Shown here piece after piece: positions 26,633-33,066 of a stretch of DNA of 64,000 bases. This DNA comes from Bacilli bacterium (GTDB lineage: Bacteria; Bacillota_I; Bacilli_A; RFN20; CAG-826). The stretch spans positions 2,039 to 66,038 of the forward strand of contig JAGBLE010000001.1 in NCBI GenBank assembly GCA_017635565.1, in the 5' to 3' direction. The position numbers and the translations under genes are program-made. Position 1 is the first letter of the stretch. Every line of letters begins with the position of its first letter. A model generated the notes under the pieces. It worked only from the letters and a program-made list of their open reading frames with translations, was not told where the DNA came from and did not search any database.

Positions 26633-26904
26633 TAATCCTCCATCAAGTCTTTCTTGGCCTCTTCTACCGAGGTATATCCTTTTACATTCGGATCTTTAGA
26701 GATGCGCATAGCTTCCGCCATAGCGGCAAGAGTCTCATCATTATATTTTGGTCGCTCAACATTGAATGGGAGGCCTCCTCTTAAGACACATTGATAAAGA
26801 AAAAGATTAACTGCTGTGGACATATCAAGCCCAATGGCAGAAAATAGTTCATTTGCCTGTTTTTTGATTTCGGAATCAATTCTAATTTGAGTTGGTGTAG
26901 TCAT
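26632..26904 (-). CDS. dinJ: type II antitoxin, DinJ/RelB family
   Basis: TQIRIDSEIKKQANELFSAIGLDMSTAVNLFLYQCV ribbon-helix-helix pattern. Start set to ATG 26904 after AGGAGG. Confidence 0.8.
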   Translation of the reverse strand: MTTPTQIRIDSEIKKQANELFSAIGLDMSTAVNLFLYQCVLRGGLPFNVERPKYNDETLAAMAEAMRISKDPNVKGYTSVEEAKKDLMED

Positions 26905-27008
26905 ATAAAGCCTCCTGACATAACTCAATGATATTATGTTCGAAATGGTTTACATTGTCAATCATTATGACAACACTTGATATAGATATAAGTTCGTAAA
27001 AAACAAAA

Positions 27009-27036
27009 AAGCCACCAGAATTATCTTCTTAGTGGC
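27009..27036 (-). terminator. rho-independent terminator of the 27050-27577 gene
   Basis: AGCCAC-N16-GTGGCT. The minus strand continues with a T-run. Confidence 0.55.
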
Positions 27037-27049
27037 TCTAATAAACTAG

Positions 27050-27577
27050 TTATTCTTCTTCGCCGGTTGATCTACGAATTTTGTTTTTGATGATTTCTTT
27101 AGCCTCAGCTTCGTGATCTTCAGTTTTGAATTTTTTTACTCCCACGACTTTTGGATTTTCAATATCGTAATCATCAACAAGGACATAACCAACTTCACTT
27201 AATAAGCGATATAACCCATTTCTTAATAAGACTTTGCTATCTTTCTTAAGAGTGGTTACTTTTTCTGGGTCAACAACGTAATAAACGCGTCTATTGTCTT
27301 TTTCGACTTTTTCAACGTAATCTCCGTTGACGGAATAAACATCTTTGAATAAGTTATCTCTTATTGCTTTGACTGTCTTATCTTCACTGATTGTGGTGAT
27401 ATCTCGATCATCAATATAACGATAACGTGGAGAACCATCTTTATTAGTGATTGCCTTTCCTTCTTTGTTGAACATTGGCTCGATATAAGCTTCGTAAACG
27501 GAATATGAACTTGATAATTTGTATTCTCCATATTCCTTATAATAAGTTTCATCGTGCGCTAATTCTTTTCCAAACAT
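27050..27577 (-). CDS. hypothetical protein
   Basis: 175-aa charged soluble ORF with its own terminator. No family recognised. Confidence 0.4.
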   Translation of the reverse strand: MFGKELAHDETYYKEYGEYKLSSSYSVYEAYIEPMFNKEGKAITNKDGSPRYRYIDDRDITTISEDKTVKAIRDNLFKDVYSVNGDYVEKVEKDNRRVYYVVDPEKVTTLKKDSKVLLRNGLYRLLSEVGYVLVDDYDIENPKVVGVKKFKTEDHEAEAKEIIKNKIRRSTGEEE

Positions 27578-27828
27578 TTGAATATCTCACTTTCTTATAT
27601 AAATATAGCTGAATATATTTTAATTCTTTGTTTAAGATAATGAGTAGATTTTTTTATAAACTACTCAATTAACGGTGAAAATGTGGTCTTGAAAGCCATA
27701 AAATATATATTTTTTTGCATTTTTTTAATTTCTTAGTTCAAGAATTTTGAAAAATCCCATATTATTTAATTAAAGAAAGGTCTCGTCAACGCAACAAAAG
27801 TTTGCTTTTTGATGAGTGGAAAAAAATA

Positions 27829-27999
27829 ATGACAACAGTCGAACAACTCAAAGCTGCTTACGAAACATTCGTCACTGAAAACGAAAAATTCGTCGAAAAG
27901 GGAAACAAAGCCGCTGCTGGAAGAGCACGTAAAGCCCTTATGGAACTTGCTAAATTATGCAAAGTTCGTAGAGCAGAAATTCTCGAAGAAAAGAAATAA
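27829..27999 (+). CDS. small histone-H1-like basic DNA-binding protein
   Basis: 56 aa. KGNKAAAGRARKALMELAKLCKVRRAEILEEKK resembles the bacterial histone-H1-like small proteins annotated in Bacteroidota. Start set to ATG 27829. Confidence 0.45.
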   Translation: MTTVEQLKAAYETFVTENEKFVEKGNKAAAGRARKALMELAKLCKVRRAEILEEKK

Positions 28000-28022
28000 G
28001 AGAATTATCAATTTGAAAAGAA

Positions 28023-28051
28023 AACCACAGTGATTAATTTCATCTGTGGTT
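28023..28051. terminator. bidirectional terminator between convergent genes
   Basis: AACCACAG-N13-CTGTGGTT, with T-runs on both strands. Confidence 0.65.
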
Positions 28052-28094
28052 CTTTTTTGTCCTTAGTCAATTTAGTAAGAATGTAAGATCAATA

Positions 28095-29921
28095 TTAGTC
28101 AAAGATTATTGGATTATCTTCAGGAACCCAATTTTCATTTCTAACATCAACGACAACACCGTAATTGAAGATTTCATCTGCAATAACACCAACGAAATCC
28201 TTAACAATATAAATTTTCATTGTGAGGTGAATTGTCTCAGTCTTATAGACATAAACATCCTTTTGGGCATCATAAGTGAAGAATCCACCTTCATCAGCTT
28301 GTTTAATCGCATCATTAAAGGCTTTAACCGCTTCATTACATGTATCAAATTGATGTGTGGTTTTAATGAATTGAACATCTTCAAGAGTTTCTTCAATGTG
28401 TGGATATGGTTCCATGACAAATTCTGACTCGCCCTTTGTGTTCATACTTCTTTCATAATCATATGGAGTATACAAATAAGGAATTGCCTCTGGATGATTG
28501 CCGGTTAAAAGATTAAGAGCATCCATTGTGTTTTGTGCCCAACGTTGATTTGCTTCATACCATCCTTGCCATGTGGTAATTGGAGTGCAAGGAGCAATAT
28601 CACTTATTGATAATGGTAAAACGGTTGTCCCAATATTTTTAACAACACCTCTACAAGTAATGGAGCCATCATCATTACCATAAACATAAGTCAAAGTGTC
28701 ATTGACTTCATCAAGAGTAATCTTAATATTGGTTGGTGAAGTTGGTCCATAAATTGTTCCATCAGTAATGAGGTTTAACCATAAATAATTTGCAAAACCT
28801 TCAATATTTGCTAATGTGAACGAACCATCTTCATTAACATCAAATGATTGTGGTGAATATGTCCAGAAATTGCCAAAAACATTTTCAACAGTTCTAATTT
28901 GTCTTGGAGTTTTTGTGGCAACATAGCCAGTATCAGTTTTTTCAAAAGAAACTAATCCTTCTGGTGTTTCAATTTCGCCTTGAGAAGTTCTTCCGTTAAC
29001 AGTGCCAACGATATCATGGTAATAACCGGTAGGAGTGAGATAAGTAGTTAAGCTACTGTCTTCAATATATGGTTCTTCGTATCCATAATCTTCACCTAAC
29101 TCCATATGACAGTTCCAATCAACTGTGTAATTCATATTGTGGAGTCGATCAAAGAAGGATTTAAGTTTATCTTGTCCTGGTTGAACTGCTCGTGGGGTTG
29201 GAACAGGATTGACATTTACTTCACTTGCATCAATGAATTCACCATCGAATTCATAATAGGTTGTATTCCATTCAGTTTCTTGGCCAAACATAACATAAAT
29301 GTTGGTTGGCTTATAATTTTCATCATAACCGATTTCAAAATCCATAAGTGGATAGCCAATTTGTTCTCCACCCATAACAACATTGAAAAAATAATTAGCG
29401 TTTAATCCAGCTGGATCCAACAAAAGTAATCTGTTATTTTCGCTGTCATTCATAAAGCCAGAAGCAAAGGCGTTATTAAATGGATTACCAAACGCAGCAT
29501 CAAATGGAACTGGTTGTCTAGTTGCATAATCAGTAACTGGAATTGAATCAACTGCGTTTGTAAGTGGGTTTAATTGATATATGACCACACTTCCATCAGT
29601 GGCTCTATCATATCTCGCTGTTACAACTCCTCCCCACATTTCTTGGCTCTTGAAGAAATAGTTTTGAGAAAGCAAGACCGTAAGTACTCCATTGTCTTGA
29701 ACGTAAGGTTCATCTTCTCCATATTGCATGGTCAATGTTCTTTGTGCTGTTAGCGATAAAGGAGATTTTGCAAGATTGGCAAAAACATCAGCGACTACTT
29801 TGTCGTCACTTCCTCCACCACCTTCTCCACTGCCACTAGGTGAACTTGCTGCCGACGAACAAGCACCTAAGACAAGCGAGAATAATGAAATTACCGCTAA
29901 GGATAAAAATTTCTTCTTCAT
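28095..29921 (-). CDS. 608-aa lipoprotein of unknown function
   Basis: Signal peptide plus lipobox MKKKFLSLAVISLFSLVLGAC, then a Ser/Gly linker. The rest is unassigned. Confidence 0.5.
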   Translation of the reverse strand: MKKKFLSLAVISLFSLVLGACSSAASSPSGSGEGGGGSDDKVVADVFANLAKSPLSLTAQRTLTMQYGEDEPYVQDNGVLTVLLSQNYFFKSQEMWGGVVTARYDRATDGSVVIYQLNPLTNAVDSIPVTDYATRQPVPFDAAFGNPFNNAFASGFMNDSENNRLLLLDPAGLNANYFFNVVMGGEQIGYPLMDFEIGYDENYKPTNIYVMFGQETEWNTTYYEFDGEFIDASEVNVNPVPTPRAVQPGQDKLKSFFDRLHNMNYTVDWNCHMELGEDYGYEEPYIEDSSLTTYLTPTGYYHDIVGTVNGRTSQGEIETPEGLVSFEKTDTGYVATKTPRQIRTVENVFGNFWTYSPQSFDVNEDGSFTLANIEGFANYLWLNLITDGTIYGPTSPTNIKITLDEVNDTLTYVYGNDDGSITCRGVVKNIGTTVLPLSISDIAPCTPITTWQGWYEANQRWAQNTMDALNLLTGNHPEAIPYLYTPYDYERSMNTKGESEFVMEPYPHIEETLEDVQFIKTTHQFDTCNEAVKAFNDAIKQADEGGFFTYDAQKDVYVYKTETIHLTMKIYIVKDFVGVIADEIFNYGVVVDVRNENWVPEDNPIIFD

Positions 29922-30120
29922 AGTATAGTTTTCTCCCTTCTTTAAGAATTATTTTTATGGTTATTATAATAAGAATATAGAAAGGAGATTTCCACAATAT
30001 AAAAAATAGAAAATTTATGATGTTATCATAACTTTTCTAAAATTTTTTGTCTAATATTGCTATGTTTTTTGCCCAGCGAATATCATTTTACTAATATTTT
30101 TTTATTTGGCAAATATTATT

Positions 30121-31044
30121 TCAAAAATTATGTTTTTTTATTAGCTCTTCTATTTCATCTAATGAAGGAACAACATCAATAGCGCCTTTCTTTTGAGTGG
30201 CAAGCCCTCCCGCTATATTAGCTCTTAAAAGGCAATTTTTAATTTCTTCTTTATTAGCTAAATCAAATCCTTTATCAAAAGCGTATAAGAAATAAGAATA
30301 GAAAGCATCTCCCGCTCCTGTAGTGTCAATAGGAGTTAATTTATAAGTAGGAACTTCAACATATAAATCTTTGCTATAAAATAATGATCCATCTTTTCCA
30401 AACGTCACTACAGCAACTTGTTTATCATTTAATATCGATTTTAGGGCTTCTAAGAGATTTTTTTGAGAAGTTAATAATTCTAACTCTTCTTCAGTAAATT
30501 TAACGATATCGGCCTCTTTTAAAGCAGAAAGGAAAATTTCTTTAGCTTCTTTTTCACTACTAAAGATATCATCACGATAATTGACATCGAAAGAGACTAA
30601 CGCTTTTGAATGTTCATGAACATATTTCACTGCCTCAAAGAAGAACTTTCTTCCTTTTTCGTAGGAAAGCATTAAAGAACCAATATGAACAATCTTTACA
30701 TTATTCAAATCGAATTTAGAAAGATTACTAACATCTAAGATGTAATCACTACCATTATCTCTTACAAACTTAAACGATCTTTCTCCATTATCAAGAGTGA
30801 CAATCGCTTGAGTAGTATCTCTATTTTCAATTTTATCAATATATACGTTATTAAGATTTTTATGAGCAAAGTCTAATAAGAATTTTCCATATTCATCATT
30901 ACCAACCGCTCCATAAAAAGATATATCTCCATTAAAGTTAGAAATATTAGAAGCAACATTAAAAGGCGCTCCTCCTGGAAAAACAGTTTTGTTATTTCCA
31001 TCCACAAATATATCTACTAAAATTTCTCCAATTGATAAAACCAT
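30121..31044 (-). CDS. fructokinase (PfkB family)
   Basis: GEILVD...GGAPFNVA N-terminal motif and DTTGAGDAF ATP motif. Last gene of the fructan locus. Confidence 0.8.
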   Translation of the reverse strand: MVLSIGEILVDIFVDGNNKTVFPGGAPFNVASNISNFNGDISFYGAVGNDEYGKFLLDFAHKNLNNVYIDKIENRDTTQAIVTLDNGERSFKFVRDNGSDYILDVSNLSKFDLNNVKIVHIGSLMLSYEKGRKFFFEAVKYVHEHSKALVSFDVNYRDDIFSSEKEAKEIFLSALKEADIVKFTEEELELLTSQKNLLEALKSILNDKQVAVVTFGKDGSLFYSKDLYVEVPTYKLTPIDTTGAGDAFYSYFLYAFDKGFDLANKEEIKNCLLRANIAGGLATQKKGAIDVVPSLDEIEELIKKHNF

Positions 31045-31066
31045 ATAAGAAGTCCTTCCTTTTAAA

Positions 31067-31087
31067 AAGAACCTTGGACAGGTCCTT
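31067..31087 (-). terminator. weak hairpin between the 599-aa gene and fructokinase
   Basis: Minus-strand AAGGACC-UGUCCAA-GGUUCUU (one G-U pair) followed by UUU. Confidence 0.3.
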
Positions 31088-31099
31088 TTTGTTAATTTT

Positions 31100-32899
31100 T
31101 TACTTAATTCCTAAATATGATAATGCTTCGCCTACTGTGTAAGTTGTTATAATAGTTGACTTATACATGTCTTCATTATTAGAAGTGTTATACCCAGAAT
31201 ATTGGTAATCAGGAGCAGCATCAACTATTGCTTTTACTTGATCAGTTAAAGCATTATAAGCTTCACTAATAGCTGTTTTAATATTACCATCATAAGCATT
31301 TGTTCCAGTGCAGAATGTGGCTGCATTAGTGTTGCCATATGAACGTGCTTTTGGGAAATACGTATTTTCTAAGAAGTTATACGCTTTTGTTAAATCGTTA
31401 TCTTCTCCGCCAAAGAGAATGTCTCTACAAACACCATGTCCAGTAACGCCTTCAAATGTTTGCTCAATTAAATCATACCCAAGAATTGGCTTTTCTGGAT
31501 AATATGAAACAAATTCATCAAATCTTGATAATCCCCAGGCACCACCTGTGCGATAATCTTCTAAAGAGACAAATAATTTTCTTCCTTTATATTCTGTACA
31601 ATCGACATAAACTCTAGTCATCGTTCCTAATCTGCTACCATCGACACATGTATTTTTAACACTCCAACCTTTGTCATTAAAGATTCTTAAATTATCATTG
31701 CCATCATCAACAACGCTGATTAATTCTGCATATGTGTCAGCATCCCAAACGGTGAATTTGGCGCTTGCTCCGGCCATTTTTATAGAAATGTATCCAGAGC
31801 CTCTCAAAATGAATGGAGATGAGAAGAATCTGCCTCTATCATCTTCTGCGGTTGCACTACCATTGCCATCCATAGTTGGTGATAAGAAATATTTTCCTGT
31901 TTGGTTAAATGGCATGTTGCTAGCCCAAGCAGCAACTTTAAGATCGGTTCTAAAATGATTAGAGAAAATGTGAAAACGATTTCCATTATTATCATCAGAG
32001 AACAAATAATCTTCAGTGAAAGTTGGATATCCTTCTTCAGATTCAAAATCATCGCTTATGTTGTTGACTTCGCCTAAAGCATCTGCTTTTGTTCTTACAG
32101 CAGAATACTCATCTTTTGTCGAAAGAATGTTTTTAATATGATCTGATTCTTTCTTATTATTGATATTTTCAGTATTTCCAGTAGATCCTTCTAACTTGAC
32201 ATCTGTTAATGCTAATTTGTATAAATTATAAAGTTTAGCAGCGCTATCTAACGTACATGCTCCAGTAAATGCGCCAAATGTCAGCATTCCAAAATCACCA
32301 GGGCTATTATCTACAAACGTTGCGCGAAGTGTAGAATTTCTATATTGTTCATCAACCGTAACAACACGGAAAACTAATTGTTGACACGCAAGAGGATCAT
32401 TAAAATAATCGTTATAAACCTCTTCAATAACTTCCCACTCTTCGTTTACCTTTGCTTCAATGACACATTTATTTCTATTTGTTAGTTTATCTCCTCCCAT
32501 TTGGAAGCAAATATATGGATTGCCTTTTTGATTAAATTCCCGAGATACAAATTTTCCAGTCCAGCCTTCTCTATTTCCAGCTAAACTAGTATCACAGAAG
32601 TAATCCATCCCAAAATATCTCATTTTTTCTTGCCAAAATGTATCATTTCTAAATCTAGCAAGTGACTCATTACTAACTGCCGCATTGGCATCTTGCACTG
32701 CAAAGCCTGTCATAAAATCAATATATTCGGCTTCAGTATCGCTAATCACATATGGCGTCTCAATTGTTCTACTACTTTTTATAGTGGTGAAAATAGGGTT
32801 AGAAACAATATTGTTGTCAAGATTGTAGCCAACGCAAATAACTGTAGCGCTTATGCCTACAGACAAAAGGATTGATGGTACTAAAAATTTTGCTTTCAT
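31100..32899 (-). CDS. 599-aa membrane-anchored surface protein with a two-domain module paralogous to the N-terminal half of 33067-35817
   Basis: N-terminal signal anchor. Shares EGWTG...ICFQMGGDK, SNMPFNQTGKYF, FILRGSGYISIKMAGAS and DEFVSYYPEKP motifs with the 916-aa protein. Confidence 0.55.
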   Translation of the reverse strand: MKAKFLVPSILLSVGISATVICVGYNLDNNIVSNPIFTTIKSSRTIETPYVISDTEAEYIDFMTGFAVQDANAAVSNESLARFRNDTFWQEKMRYFGMDYFCDTSLAGNREGWTGKFVSREFNQKGNPYICFQMGGDKLTNRNKCVIEAKVNEEWEVIEEVYNDYFNDPLACQQLVFRVVTVDEQYRNSTLRATFVDNSPGDFGMLTFGAFTGACTLDSAAKLYNLYKLALTDVKLEGSTGNTENINNKKESDHIKNILSTKDEYSAVRTKADALGEVNNISDDFESEEGYPTFTEDYLFSDDNNGNRFHIFSNHFRTDLKVAAWASNMPFNQTGKYFLSPTMDGNGSATAEDDRGRFFSSPFILRGSGYISIKMAGASAKFTVWDADTYAELISVVDDGNDNLRIFNDKGWSVKNTCVDGSRLGTMTRVYVDCTEYKGRKLFVSLEDYRTGGAWGLSRFDEFVSYYPEKPILGYDLIEQTFEGVTGHGVCRDILFGGEDNDLTKAYNFLENTYFPKARSYGNTNAATFCTGTNAYDGNIKTAISEAYNALTDQVKAIVDAAPDYQYSGYNTSNNEDMYKSTIITTYTVGEALSYLGIK

Positions 32900-32917
32900 A
32901 CAAGTAACCTCTTAATT

Positions 32918-32933
32918 TTGGAAACGTTTCCAA
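32918..32933. promoter_or_regulatory. LacI-family/cre-type palindromic operator (site 1)
   Basis: TTGGAAACGTTTCCAA, a perfect 16-bp palindrome with central CG, about 10 nt downstream of a predicted -10 box. Near-identical twin at 51015-51028. Confidence 0.6.
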
Positions 32934-32942
32934 TTTTTCCTC

Positions 32943-32972
32943 ATTTTATCATACATTTTTTAAATAAAACAA
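32943..32972 (-). promoter_or_regulatory. promoter of the 599-aa gene / fructokinase unit
   Basis: Minus strand: TTGTTT (32972-32967), 18 nt, TAAAAT (32948-32943). Confidence 0.4.
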
Positions 32973-33016
32973 CATTTTTGTATTAATTCTTCTAAATAGA
33001 AGAAGAAGAAGAAGAA

Positions 33017-33061
33017 AGCACTCAAGGTTTTTGAGTGCTAATTACTGAATTTCATTCAGTA
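33017..33061 (-). terminator. tandem terminator hairpins after the 916-aa gene
   Basis: TACTGAA-N5-TTCAGTA (33043-33061) and AGCACTCAA-N5-TTGAGTGCT (33017-33039). The latter is followed on the minus strand by TTCTTCTTC. Confidence 0.55.
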
Positions 33062-33066
33062 AAATA

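Noticed and set aside
32998-33015. (AGA)6 trinucleotide microsatellite in the intergenic region after the 916-aa gene.
   Set aside because: It is short and intergenic, lying in the U-rich tail of a terminator when read on the minus strand. No evidence of phase-variable function.
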